Assembly: GCA_947503155.1 (NCBI GenBank)
Contig: CANNCL010000002.1
Location: 676,637 to 740,636 of the forward strand
DNA from: an uncultured Erythrobacter sp.
Lineage (GTDB): Bacteria; Pseudomonadota; Alphaproteobacteria; Sphingomonadales; Sphingomonadaceae
Direction: 5' to 3'
Length of the DNA stretch: 64,000 nt
Below are positions 40,451-50,064 of this stretch, one piece after another (the stretch's first letter is position 1; each line of letters starts with the position of its first letter). A program made the position numbers and the translations under genes. The notes beneath the pieces were generated by a model. That model did no database searches. It had not been told where the DNA came from and saw only the letters and a list, made by a program, of their open reading frames with translations.

Positions 40451-40476
40451 CTGCGTCCTCAATCTGCGTCCTCAAT
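40451..40476. repeat. Exact 13-bp tandem duplication containing the carbonic anhydrase stop
   Basis: CTGCGTCCTCAAT x2. Confidence 0.9.
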
Positions 40477-41113
40477 CCTCTGGCAAAAACTCGCCCGTTT
40501 CCTCGTCCAGTGAATAAAGCACGCCTTCGCTGATCGAGAAATGGGCACCGCGCAGCTTCAACACGCCTGCGCGTTCCTTCTCGGTCACCCAGGGAAAGCT
40601 CCGCAAATTCGCAAGGCTCAACCGAATGGCGGCGAATTCCATTGCGAGTTCCGCTTTGCGTCCCGTCGTGCCGTGTTTGCGCGCCACAGGCTCGCGTGCA
40701 TCGCTGAGTAGGTCGATCCAATTGGCGACAAATCCGCCTTCGCCAACTGGCTTCGAATTGAAGCTTTGTGTTAGCGCCGCCTGACACCCACCGCACCGGC
40801 CATGCCCCATGACCACGATCTGTTTGACCTCTAACATCTGAACCGCAAATTCGACCGCGGCCGAAACGCCGTGAAGGCCGGGCGTCGTCTCAAATGGGGG
40901 GACAAGCGCGGCGACATTACGCACCACGAAAATCTCACCGGGATCAACGTCGAATATTTGGGCGGGATCGACGCGGCTGTCGCTGCAACCGACGATCATC
41001 AATTTGGGATGCTGGCCTTGTTCGACGGTTTGATCAAAGCGTTCGCGCTGGCGCGGATAGACACCTTGGCGAAACCGGCGATAGCCTTTCAGCAATTCGG
41101 CAAATTCTGGCAC
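40472..41113 (-). CDS. Beta-class carbonic anhydrase
   Basis: Zn ligands GCSDSRV and HGRCGG; FVVRNVAALVP. GTG start with AGGAG SD. Confidence 0.93.
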   Translation of the reverse strand: MPEFAELLKGYRRFRQGVYPRQRERFDQTVEQGQHPKLMIVGCSDSRVDPAQIFDVDPGEIFVVRNVAALVPPFETTPGLHGVSAAVEFAVQMLEVKQIVVMGHGRCGGCQAALTQSFNSKPVGEGGFVANWIDLLSDAREPVARKHGTTGRKAELAMEFAAIRLSLANLRSFPWVTEKERAGVLKLRGAHFSISEGVLYSLDEETGEFLPED

Positions 41114-41145
41114 GTCTTTCTCCTAATGTCACAGAGAAGCGCTGC

Positions 41146-41454
41146 TTAGAACCGCTCTCCCCGGATCACCTGCACGTCCCACATGCTCAGGATGAATCCC
41201 AGATTTGTAAGCATAGGCGCTAGCTCTTCTGCAAGCGCCATCGCCTTATCTTCCGCAGCTATTGTGAGGACAAACACTTTATCCGTGCCCATAACGCTTT
41301 CCTCGCGCCAATGGCCCTCTCGCCCTTTGCCGCTGGTGACGGGCACAATTGTCCAACCGGTGATCTCAGCCTTTTCAATAGCGTCGGTCACACGCTTGGT
41401 CAGCGCCTTATCAGCGAGGATTTCGATCCGTTTGCGGATGACTGTTTCAATCAT
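41146..41454 (-). CDS. PII-like regulator (SbtB-like)
   Basis: 102 aa; KRIEI, SGKGREG and DVQVIRGERF resemble SbtB/PII; overlaps the sbtA-like stop. Confidence 0.75.
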   Translation of the reverse strand: MIETVIRKRIEILADKALTKRVTDAIEKAEITGWTIVPVTSGKGREGHWREESVMGTDKVFVLTIAAEDKAMALAEELAPMLTNLGFILSMWDVQVIRGERF

Positions 41455-42449
41455 GGTACAACTCCGGTTGGCCCAGCGAGATAGGCGGCAAAGGCGCTGA
41501 TCAGACCAATATTAATGAGCACATTAAAAGGGAAAGTGATGCTAAGCGACATAGTCAGATAAATGCCCGGATCTGCCTCTGGCAGCGCGAGCCGCATGGC
41601 CGCTGGCACCGCAATATAGCTGGCACTGGCACACAGAACACCCAGCGTAGCCGCCGATCCTGCGTCTAGCCCGACACCGATACCCAGCAGCGTACCTGCG
41701 GCTCCGTTCACGATGGGCAAGAAAATCGCGATCACCACAAGCCGCCATGTCATTGAACGCGAATCCATCATACGCCGCGCCGCGATCAGACCCATATCGA
41801 GCAAGAACAGGCACAAGACGCCTTTAAAGCCGGCCTCGAAGAACGGGCTAACGGGCGCGAATGCGTCCGCCCCGCCGATCATGCCGATTACAAACGCGCC
41901 CAGCAGCAGCACGATAGAGGAATTGGTGAACACCTCATGCATCATATCGCCGGTCGTTCGATTTCCGCCAAGGCTGGCGTCCTTGCTGCCCACACCGCGT
42001 GCCAACATAAGGCCCGCGAGGATCGCAGGCGCTTCCATCGCGGCCATCACGGCGACCATATAGCCGCCCGGTTCGCGCGCCTGCCCGGTCAGGATTTCCA
42101 CGGCCGTCACAAATGTCACCACACTGATCGACCCGTAATGCGCGGCGACCGCGCCAGAATTGATCCGGTCGAGTTTTCCGAAAGTTTTCAGAACCGCATA
42201 AGCAAACAATGGCAGTATGAATCCAGCCGCGATCCCTGCGCCTAAGGCAGACAGTACCGTTGCATCGATCCCGGATTTCGACACCGCGACGCCGCCTTTG
42301 AGGCCAATTGCCGCCATCAGATATAGCGACATCGCCTTGGCAATCGGTTCAGGGATGGTGAGGTCAGACCGCGCAAACGCCGCCAACAGCCCAAGGACAA
42401 AGAAGAGCACAACCGGCGAAGAGAATGTCTGAATTGCAGTTTCGATCAT
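41451..42449 (-). CDS. sbtA: Sodium-dependent bicarbonate transporter family permease (SbtA/DUF897)
   Basis: About 10 TM helices; AIGLKGG, AHYGSISVVTF, MEAP, FLLDMG and ASASYIAVPAAMR motifs. Confidence 0.88.
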   Translation of the reverse strand: MIETAIQTFSSPVVLFFVLGLLAAFARSDLTIPEPIAKAMSLYLMAAIGLKGGVAVSKSGIDATVLSALGAGIAAGFILPLFAYAVLKTFGKLDRINSGAVAAHYGSISVVTFVTAVEILTGQAREPGGYMVAVMAAMEAPAILAGLMLARGVGSKDASLGGNRTTGDMMHEVFTNSSIVLLLGAFVIGMIGGADAFAPVSPFFEAGFKGVLCLFLLDMGLIAARRMMDSRSMTWRLVVIAIFLPIVNGAAGTLLGIGVGLDAGSAATLGVLCASASYIAVPAAMRLALPEADPGIYLTMSLSITFPFNVLINIGLISAFAAYLAGPTGVVP

Positions 42450-42580
42450 CAACCACCCCGTTAAGTTAAATTGAATTGCAATCCTAGCAACAACGCATGC
42501 GCACTTTATGTTCCCGGCTGAAACGTTTGCGACATGCGCGACGCTTGCGGCGGACGCAGGGGAAGCCTAGATGCATCGCC

Positions 42581-43537
42581 ATGAACGATCTGACGAACAC
42601 GCCAAATTCGGCGCCAGACGCACCGCGTCCGCCGCGTCAACGCAAACCTGATTGGATTCGCGTCCGCGCTCCGGTGAGCCAAGGGTATAATGAAACGCGC
42701 AAATTGATGCGCGAGTTAAACCTCAACACCGTTTGCGAAGAGGCGGCGTGTCCCAATATCGGGGAATGCTGGGATAAAAAACACGCGACCGTCATGATCC
42801 TTGGCGATGTGTGCACGCGGGCCTGCGCATTCTGCAATGTGAAAACGGGAATGCCGAAAGCGGTCGATCCGATGGAGCCGGAAAACACCGCAATCGCAGC
42901 GGCGGAAATGGGCCTCAAACATATCGTCATCACCAGTGTGGACCGCGATGATTTGCCCGATGGCGGCGCTTCGCAATTTGTGAAGGTGATCGAGGCCCTG
43001 CGCCGCAACACGCCGGACACGACGATTGAGATCCTAACCCCCGATTTCCGCAACAAAATGCGCCCCGCGGTGGAGGCTATCTGCGAAGCAGGGCCGGATG
43101 TGTACAACCACAATCTGGAAACCGTGCCGCGCCTTTATCCAACGATCCGGCCCGGCGCTCGTTATTATGCATCGCTGCGTTTGTTAGAAGAAGTGAAGGC
43201 GCATAATCCGCTGATCTTCACCAAGTCTGGCATCATGCTGGGGCTGGGCGAGCAACGCCTTGAGGTTCATCAGGTGATGGATGACATGCGCAGCGCCGAA
43301 GTCGATTTCATTACAATGGGTCAATATCTTCAGCCAACGCCGAAACATGCGGCGGTTGAAGAATTTGTGCCGCCCAAAGGCTTTGATGCTTTCGGTTCGA
43401 TCGCCCGCGCGAAAGGGTTTCTGCAAGTTGCCTCAAGCCCGCTAACCCGGTCGAGCTATCATGCGGGCGATGATTTTGCGGTGATGAAAGCGGCGCGCGA
43501 AGAAAAGCTTCGGAAGCGGGACCGTCTGGACGCTTAA
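42581..43537 (+). CDS. lipA: Lipoyl synthase
   Basis: [12 protein letters not shown] and CTRACAFC cluster motifs; C-terminal RSSY. Confidence 0.97.
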   Translation: MNDLTNTPNSAPDAPRPPRQRKPDWIRVRAPVSQGYNETRKLMRELNLNTVCEEAACPNIGECWDKKHATVMILGDVCTRACAFCNVKTGMPKAVDPMEPENTAIAAAEMGLKHIVITSVDRDDLPDGGASQFVKVIEALRRNTPDTTIEILTPDFRNKMRPAVEAICEAGPDVYNHNLETVPRLYPTIRPGARYYASLRLLEEVKAHNPLIFTKSGIMLGLGEQRLEVHQVMDDMRSAEVDFITMGQYLQPTPKHAAVEEFVPPKGFDAFGSIARAKGFLQVASSPLTRSSYHAGDDFAVMKAAREEKLRKRDRLDA

Positions 43538-43998
43538 TGGTCGGCATCCGCGAAACCCGCAGGCTGCCATACAGCGCGCAGCAAATGTTCGACCTCGTCG
43601 CTGATGTGAAGCGTTATAACCAGTTCCTGCCTTGGGTGGTTGCGACGCGGGTGCGCTCGGATAGTGACACTGAAATGGTCGCGGATATGGTGGTGGGGTT
43701 TAAGGCTTTGCGCGAAAGCTTTACCTCACGCGTTGCCAAAACCCGGCCCAGCGAAATCGCCGTGCAATATATCGACGGGCCGCTATCCGACCTCCAGAAT
43801 GTGTGGAGGTTCCGAGAGATTGATGAGCGCACTTGCGAGATCGATTTTGCGGTGGATTTTCAATTTAAAAACCGCGTGTTTCAAGCGCTGGCCGGACAAT
43901 ATTTTGACCGCGCTTTCCGCAGGATGGTCGAAGCGTTTGAACAGCGCGCTGCCGACCTTTACGGCAACAACAATTCCAGCGCGCAAATCGTCGCCTGA
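43537..43998 (+). CDS. Coq10/RatA (START/cyclase fold) protein
   Basis: YSAQQMFDLVADV..Y..FLPW and GPLSDL.N.W.F motifs; TAATG coupling to lipA. Confidence 0.88.
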   Translation: MVGIRETRRLPYSAQQMFDLVADVKRYNQFLPWVVATRVRSDSDTEMVADMVVGFKALRESFTSRVAKTRPSEIAVQYIDGPLSDLQNVWRFREIDERTCEIDFAVDFQFKNRVFQALAGQYFDRAFRRMVEAFEQRAADLYGNNNSSAQIVA

Positions 43999-44471
43999 CG
44001 CCGAATTGCGGCGCGCCCGCCGGGGGCATTGCCGCCTTCGAAATGTTTGAGTTCACCCTCTGGCTCGCCCTCAGCATTGCGAGTGGCCCGCGCAAATACG
44101 ACAGTGCCGACCGGTTTGAGCTGCGTGCCGCCGCCGGGGCCAGCAACGCCGCTAACGGCGACGGCGACATCGGCATTTGATCGTTCGAGCGCACCCTGAG
44201 CCATCGCCCAAACGCAAGCGATCGAGACGGCACCAAAAGTTTCAATAATGTCTTGGGAAACGCCCAGCGCATCCATCTTGGCTTCGTTGGAATAGGTCAC
44301 AAATCCGCGATCGAGCACAGAAGACGACCCCGCGATTTCAGTGATAGCTCCTGCCACCAATCCGCCGGTGCAGCTTTCCGCTGTGGCAACTTTGCGCCCG
44401 GCGGCTTTATTTTCCGCAACCACGCGCTCTGCAAGTTTGCTGATGTCTTCTGGGAGGAGATATTCGCTCAC
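43959..44471 (-). CDS. CinA/PncC family protein (NMN amidohydrolase-like)
   Basis: ATAESCTGG, GSS, FVTYSNEAK, GAVS and SGVAGPGGG motifs. Confidence 0.92.
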   Translation of the reverse strand: MSEYLLPEDISKLAERVVAENKAAGRKVATAESCTGGLVAGAITEIAGSSSVLDRGFVTYSNEAKMDALGVSQDIIETFGAVSIACVWAMAQGALERSNADVAVAVSGVAGPGGGTQLKPVGTVVFARATRNAEGEPEGELKHFEGGNAPGGRAAIRRQATICALELLLP

Positions 44472-45094
44472 TTTGTTTCTTCTTCCTGTTCCCGCAGCTT
44501 TCGCTCGCGGCTTTCGGTCATTTGCGGCGTGGATGACGTTTCTGGCGTCGAGGACGATGGCGGCGCGATTGCGGTGATACTGGTTTCGGATTCTTCTAGC
44601 CCAAGGCCGACTTCCACTAAAAATCCGAACATGGACGCCACCGTGTCTGCGGGCACGGGGTCCAGAATTTCGAGGCCGCGCTCAATCGTTTCGCAGCTTT
44701 CCAATTTGATTTCCTGTGCGGCCAAACTTTCTATCAATCCATCAACGAATGTTCGCAGCTCAACATCATCCAGATCGCCAATCAAATCGCCCATTTGGCC
44801 GGCCTCTTCCTGTGCGGCTTGCAACAACAACTGCCTTGCGCCCGGCCAAGCGGCATCGGCGCCTTCGCTAAATTTGGTGCGCAATCGCGGGGCATTGGTG
44901 ACCGCATAACCTTCGCCATCCAACGCCTCAAAACAGCGTGTCATATACCCTTCAAACGCCAGAGGCAGGCCATAACGCACCGCCGCCGCGACAGCTGCGG
45001 GGTCGAGATCATCATCTTGCGCTGATGCTGGTGCGGCTGTCATAACCGCTCCAGATAAGACGGCCAAACTGGCCAATCTGACTAAGCTTTTCAT
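44468..45094 (-). CDS. Hypothetical exported protein
   Basis: AGGAG SD, signal peptide ending ASA-Q, two conserved-looking Cys, ATGA-type coupling to the cinA-like gene. Confidence 0.7.
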   Translation of the reverse strand: MKSLVRLASLAVLSGAVMTAAPASAQDDDLDPAAVAAAVRYGLPLAFEGYMTRCFEALDGEGYAVTNAPRLRTKFSEGADAAWPGARQLLLQAAQEEAGQMGDLIGDLDDVELRTFVDGLIESLAAQEIKLESCETIERGLEILDPVPADTVASMFGFLVEVGLGLEESETSITAIAPPSSSTPETSSTPQMTESRERKLREQEEETK

Positions 45095-45121
45095 CTCTCA
45101 CTCCTTTGCGCGCTTGCCGCC

Positions 45122-46294
45122 TTATGACGAGCGTTGCACCGCGACAATTGCCTGCGCGGCAATACCTTCGCCGCGTCCGGTAAAGCCAAGCTTCTCAGTG
45201 GTGGTTGCTTTGATGCTAACGGCGTTTTCACTCAGCCCAGTCAGCCGTGCGACTTCGGCGCGCATGGCCGGGCGATGGGGGCCGATTTTGGGCGCCTCGC
45301 AAATGATAGTCAGGTCGATATTTCCAATCGCATATCCGGCCTCATGCGTCAGCTTGGCGGCATGTTCGAGGAACTGGCCCGACCGCGCCCCGGCCCAAGC
45401 GGGATCACTGGGCGGGAAATGGGTCCCGATATCGCCATCGCCAATCGCGCCAAGCACAGCATCGGTAATGGCATGGAGAGCAACATCGGCGTCGGAATGC
45501 CCGGCCAGCCCCTTGTCGTGATCCAGCTTAACCCCGCACAGCCACAATTCCTCGCCGGAAACCAAACGGTGGACGTCATAACCTTGCCCGATGCGAAATG
45601 CGGGCTGGACAGTGTGTTCCATAAAATCTTCCGCGAATGTGATTTTCTTGAGGCGTTCATCGCCTTGCACCAAAGCAACTGAACCGCCGCTGGCGCGCAA
45701 GACCTGTGCATCGTCCCCGGCATTGGTGTCACCCGTCCATGCGCGGTGTGCGGCGAGAATATCGGAATAACGAAATGCCTGCGGGGTTTGGACCCGGCGC
45801 AATGTTTCGCGCTGCGCCATCCCGGCCATTGTTTCCTGATCGCTGGCGACTGCGAGGCTGTCGACGACGGGCAGGGTGGGGATCGCTCCGGCATGGGCGG
45901 AGAGGGCGCTGATTAAGTCTCCGATGACTTGAGGCGGCAGATCAGGGCGCGCGGCATCGTGTATAAAGACCCGTTCAGGCCGCGCCTTTTCCAGCGCCTC
46001 TAAACCCGCGCGAACCGAATCCTGACGCGCCGCGCCGCCGGTAATCAGGGTGAACCCATCCAATCCGCGAAGCGCCGCTTGGGCAAACTCTTCCGCGCCT
46101 TCTGAGATCACGACGACCAAAGGATCAGCGCCTGCTTCGAAAAGCGTTTGGACGGAATGCGCGATCAATGCGCGCCCGCGCCATTCACGGAATTGTTTCG
46201 GTGTATCGCCGCCAACGCGCAAACCCTTGCCCGCGGCGACCACGATTGCTGCAAATGGGGCGTTTGAAACGGGAAGGGGGGCGGAGCCTGCCAT
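45122..46294 (-). CDS. ispDF: Bifunctional IspD/IspF
   Basis: VAAGKGLR, PKQF, RQDSV, IHDAARP and QTPQAF (IspD); GYDVH, HSDADV and DIGTHFPP (IspF). Confidence 0.95.
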   Translation of the reverse strand: MAGSAPLPVSNAPFAAIVVAAGKGLRVGGDTPKQFREWRGRALIAHSVQTLFEAGADPLVVVISEGAEEFAQAALRGLDGFTLITGGAARQDSVRAGLEALEKARPERVFIHDAARPDLPPQVIGDLISALSAHAGAIPTLPVVDSLAVASDQETMAGMAQRETLRRVQTPQAFRYSDILAAHRAWTGDTNAGDDAQVLRASGGSVALVQGDERLKKITFAEDFMEHTVQPAFRIGQGYDVHRLVSGEELWLCGVKLDHDKGLAGHSDADVALHAITDAVLGAIGDGDIGTHFPPSDPAWAGARSGQFLEHAAKLTHEAGYAIGNIDLTIICEAPKIGPHRPAMRAEVARLTGLSENAVSIKATTTEKLGFTGRGEGIAAQAIVAVQRSS

Positions 46295-46345
46295 AGGCAC
46301 ACGCGCTTAAGGTCTGGACGGATTTTTCGCAATCAACTATGCGCG

Positions 46346-46362
46346 TGCCCATAATTTAGGCA
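46346..46362. promoter_or_regulatory. Candidate NtrC-type binding site upstream of dusB-ntrBC
   Basis: TGCCCATAATTTAGGCA is a 17-bp TGC-N11-GCA dyad, 10 bp before the dusB ATG, overlapping a CATAAT -10-like hexamer. Confidence 0.55.
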
Positions 46363-46372
46363 AATTTCCCCC

Positions 46373-47413
46373 ATGACTGACATTCCAACCCCTCCGGCCT
46401 TGAAGCCCATTCAGATTGGCCCTGAAACGATCCCGGATCCCGTGGTGCTTGCGCCCATGACCGGCGTGACCGATTTGCCGTTTCGCAAATTGGTGCGGCG
46501 CTATGGTTCGGGCCTCAACGTGACAGAAATGATCGCCAGCGAGGCCGCGATCCGCGAAACGCGCCAATCGCTGCAAAAAACGGCATGGGACCCGGCGGAA
46601 GAGCCAGTGTCGATGCAGCTTGTTGGGTGTGATCCGGGCAGCATGGCAGAGGCCGCCAAGCTACAAGAAGGCCACGGCGCGGCGATTATCGACATCAATT
46701 TCGGATGCCCGGTGCGCAAGGTTGTTGGGCAATTTGCAGGCTCCGCATTGATGCGCGAAGTGCCGCTGGCGACAAAGTTGATGGAAGCCACGGTCAAAGC
46801 GGTTGACGTGCCGGTTACGGTCAAAATGCGGATGGGGTGGGATCACCAAAGTCTGAATGCGCCAGAAATGGCCCGGATCGCAGAAGATCTCGGCGTGAAG
46901 ATGATCACCGTTCACGGACGCACCCGCAATCAGATGTATAAGGGCGATGCGGACTGGTCCTTTATCGCCAAGGTCAAAGAAGCGGTTTCCATCCCGGTGA
47001 TCGTCAATGGCGATATTTGCACCATTGCCGATGCGTCAAAAGCGCTTGAGCAATCGGGCGCAGATGGTTTGATGATCGGGCGCGGCGCGTACGGCAAACC
47101 GTGGTTGCTCGGCCAGATCATGCATTGGTGGCGCACCGGAGAAGCAATTCCGACGCCCAGCTTTGATGAGCAATATTCGGTGCTTATCGAACATTATAAC
47201 GGTATGCTCGACCATTATGGCCGCGATGTAGGCGCGAAAATCGCGCGCAAACATATCGGTTGGTACACGAAAGGGATGCATGGTTCGGCGGAATTCCGAA
47301 ACAAGGCGAACTTTATCGACGATCCAGATCAAGTTTTGGGCGAAATTGAGCGGTTTTATACGCCATTCTTAGGCCGCCGCTCTGACACTGATCTTCCGGC
47401 TAAAGCTGCGTAA
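46373..47413 (+). CDS. dusB: tRNA-dihydrouridine synthase DusB (NifR3)
   Basis: [35 protein letters not shown] and MIGRG motifs. Confidence 0.96.
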   Translation: MTDIPTPPALKPIQIGPETIPDPVVLAPMTGVTDLPFRKLVRRYGSGLNVTEMIASEAAIRETRQSLQKTAWDPAEEPVSMQLVGCDPGSMAEAAKLQEGHGAAIIDINFGCPVRKVVGQFAGSALMREVPLATKLMEATVKAVDVPVTVKMRMGWDHQSLNAPEMARIAEDLGVKMITVHGRTRNQMYKGDADWSFIAKVKEAVSIPVIVNGDICTIADASKALEQSGADGLMIGRGAYGKPWLLGQIMHWWRTGEAIPTPSFDEQYSVLIEHYNGMLDHYGRDVGAKIARKHIGWYTKGMHGSAEFRNKANFIDDPDQVLGEIERFYTPFLGRRSDTDLPAKAA

Positions 47414-47414
47414 C

Positions 47415-48560
47415 ATGACTGCTAAGCCGCTGGCCGGTGGGTCTGACATTTCCAGTTTTGACCCGTCGCGGCCCAATGGCGAGGCGCAGATCGCGGGGTT
47501 GGTGTTTGCGCTGATCTTGGTGGATGAAAACACGTTGATCGCAGAGGCGAACCACGCGGCTGAAAACATGCTGGGTTGCAGCGCAAAGCGGCTGCTGGGC
47601 AAACCCTTGCTCGACATTATCGGCCCGCTCGATCCGAGGGTGGAGGCCCGCTTAGGCGAAGTTGATGCGGCACTGGTTGCGCGCGATGTGAAGATCATTG
47701 CGGGGGAAAACGACGCCCGCGTAAACCTAACCGTTTCGCCGCTCGGCAGTTTTCCCGGTTGGCGCGTGGTCACACTTTGGGAAATTGGGCACGACGAAGC
47801 TGGCGGCGAAGAAGAGCTGGGATCGTCACACGGCGCGCCGTCAATATTGGCGCATGAAATCAAGAACCCGCTTGCCGCCATTCGCGGGGCGGGTCAGTTG
47901 GTCGCTCGTAAATTGCCTCTCAAGGACAAGAAGCTCGCTCAGATGATCACCGACGAGGTGGACCGGATTGCGCGATTGATCGACCGGATGCAGCAATTGG
48001 GCGCGCAGAATCTGGACACGGCTGCGCCTTGCAACCCGCATGAAGCGATCCGTTCGGCCATCGCAACCGTACGCGCGGCGAACACCAATGCGGCGGAAAT
48101 ATCCGAGGAATTCGATCCTTCATTGCCGCCGGTGCTCGCGAACCGAGATGCGTTGGAACAGGTACTGATCAATCTGATCTCCAACGCCAGAGATGCCGCA
48201 GGGACGGAGGCTGAGACGGGGACAGGGACAGGGACAGGCGCAGGAGAGGCAGGGAAAATCACTGTCAAAACGCGTTTCGTTAGCGGCCTCGCATTCAGCG
48301 CAATTCGGTTGGGCCGTGCCGTGCGGCTGCCGATTGAGATCACGGTTAGCGACAATGGGCCGGGGATTGATCCGGCGATGCGCGATCATGTTTTTGAGCC
48401 CTTCGTTTCGTCCAAGCAATCAGGGCAGGGGCTAGGGCTGGCATTGGTGCGCAAATTGGTGCGCGACATGAACGGCAGCATTAGCCACGACCGCGATACG
48501 GCGCGGGGTTTGACCCATTTTCGAATTCATCTGCCGATGGCGTCAACGGATCAGGGATAG
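47415..48560 (+). CDS. ntrB: Nitrogen regulation sensor kinase NtrB
   Basis: PAS domain, H-box LAHEIKNPL, N-box NLISNA, DNGPG, G2 GQGLGL; dusB-ntrBC synteny. Confidence 0.92.
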   Translation: MTAKPLAGGSDISSFDPSRPNGEAQIAGLVFALILVDENTLIAEANHAAENMLGCSAKRLLGKPLLDIIGPLDPRVEARLGEVDAALVARDVKIIAGENDARVNLTVSPLGSFPGWRVVTLWEIGHDEAGGEEELGSSHGAPSILAHEIKNPLAAIRGAGQLVARKLPLKDKKLAQMITDEVDRIARLIDRMQQLGAQNLDTAAPCNPHEAIRSAIATVRAANTNAAEISEEFDPSLPPVLANRDALEQVLINLISNARDAAGTEAETGTGTGTGAGEAGKITVKTRFVSGLAFSAIRLGRAVRLPIEITVSDNGPGIDPAMRDHVFEPFVSSKQSGQGLGLALVRKLVRDMNGSISHDRDTARGLTHFRIHLPMASTDQG

Positions 48561-48569
48561 GACGCAGAT

Positions 48570-49994
48570 ATGCCCAGCTCAATTCTCTTGGTCGAAGACG
48601 ACATCGCGATTGCGACGGTCATTACCGCCGCTCTTGAAGATGAAGGGTTTGCGATTGATCACTGCACAACGATTGGGCAACGCGACGCGAAATTGGGCGG
48701 GGCTGTCTTCGATGTAATGCTCACCGACGTGATGCTGGCCGATGGTGACGGTTTGGCGAGCCTTGGTGCGGTGCGCGATGCTGCACCCGAAATGCCCGTA
48801 ATTGTGCTGTCGGCGCAAAACACTCTGGATACGGCGGTTCGCGCCAGCGACAGCGAAGCGTTTGAATATTTCCCCAAACCATTTGATTTGGACGAACTTG
48901 TCCGCGCCGTCTGCCAAGCCGCAGGCAGCCGCGAGGACGCCCCCGAAGCTTTACCAATAAGCGAAGGGGACGGAATGCCGATGGTGGGCCGCAGCCCGGC
49001 CATGCAGGGGGTTTACCGAATGATCACGCGCGTGCTGCGCAATGATCTCACGGTGTTAGTCACCGGCGAAAGCGGAACGGGCAAGGAATTGGTCGCAGAA
49101 GCGATCCACCAATTGGGCAACCGCCGGACCGGCCCATTCGTTGCGGTCAACACCGCCGCTATTCCGCATGATCTGGTTGAAAGCGAGTTGTTCGGCCACG
49201 AAAAAGGCGCGTTTACCGGCGCGGTGGCGCAGGCCATCGGGAAATTTGAACAGGCCAATGGCGGCACGCTGTTCTTAGACGAAATTGGCGACATGCCGGC
49301 AGAGGCGCAAACGCGGCTGCTGCGCGCGTTGCAGTCCGGGCGCATTCGGCGGGTTGGCGGGCGGCAAGAAATTGCGGTCAATGTTCGCATTATCGCGGCC
49401 ACAAACCGCGATCTTGCCCCTATGATCGCAGCGGGAAAATTCCGCGAAGACTTGTTCTACCGGCTCAACGTCGTGCCGATCGAATTGCCGCCTTTGCGGG
49501 AACGGCGCGAAGATGTTGATGTGCTGTCGCAGCATTTCCTTGCGCAGGCCGCCGAAGACGGATTGCCGCGCCGCCAACTGGCGCGCGATGCGGTTGAAAA
49601 TCTCGAAAAACGCAATTGGCGCGGGAATGTGCGCGAATTGCGGAATGTGGCATATCGGCTTGCGCTGATGTCGCGCGAAGATGTGATTGATGCCGAAAGT
49701 CTGATCGATATTTTAGGCGACGAAACGCCAATTGTCATCGATGGGGAGGATGACGCAGGCAGCGGTATCGGGACCGCGCTGGACATCTGGTTGGCCAAGG
49801 AAGAACCCGCATCCGGCACAATTTACGCCAGCGCTCTGGCCGCCTTTGAAAAACCGTTGATCGAACATGCGCTGGGCCAGACGAGCGGCAATCAATTGCG
49901 CGCGGCAAAGCTGCTTGGGATCAATCGTAACACTCTGCGCAAACGGATTACCGAGCTGAAAATTGAGCCTGATCGCTTTGCAAGACCGGTCTAA
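48570..49994 (+). CDS. ntrC: Sigma54-dependent response regulator NtrC
   Basis: Receiver domain, GESGTGKE, GAFTGA, FLDEIGD, FREDLFYRL, C-terminal Fis HTH. Confidence 0.95.
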   Translation: MPSSILLVEDDIAIATVITAALEDEGFAIDHCTTIGQRDAKLGGAVFDVMLTDVMLADGDGLASLGAVRDAAPEMPVIVLSAQNTLDTAVRASDSEAFEYFPKPFDLDELVRAVCQAAGSREDAPEALPISEGDGMPMVGRSPAMQGVYRMITRVLRNDLTVLVTGESGTGKELVAEAIHQLGNRRTGPFVAVNTAAIPHDLVESELFGHEKGAFTGAVAQAIGKFEQANGGTLFLDEIGDMPAEAQTRLLRALQSGRIRRVGGRQEIAVNVRIIAATNRDLAPMIAAGKFREDLFYRLNVVPIELPPLRERREDVDVLSQHFLAQAAEDGLPRRQLARDAVENLEKRNWRGNVRELRNVAYRLALMSREDVIDAESLIDILGDETPIVIDGEDDAGSGIGTALDIWLAKEEPASGTIYASALAAFEKPLIEHALGQTSGNQLRAAKLLGINRNTLRKRITELKIEPDRFARPV

Positions 49995-50064
49995 CGCAGT
50001 TCTGCGGCCAAAATACCACTTTTGACTTGCATGAAAGCAACACTCGCGTTGTAACTCAGCCACG

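Noticed and set aside
42461-42475. CtrA-like TTAA-N7-TGAA between sbtA and lipA
   Set aside because: One-mismatch hit in an AT-rich promoter; no cell-cycle rationale; likely chance.
43537-43998. Type II toxin-antitoxin system (RatA label)
   Set aside because: No antitoxin partner; in alphaproteobacteria this lipA-linked START-fold protein is better explained as Coq10-like.
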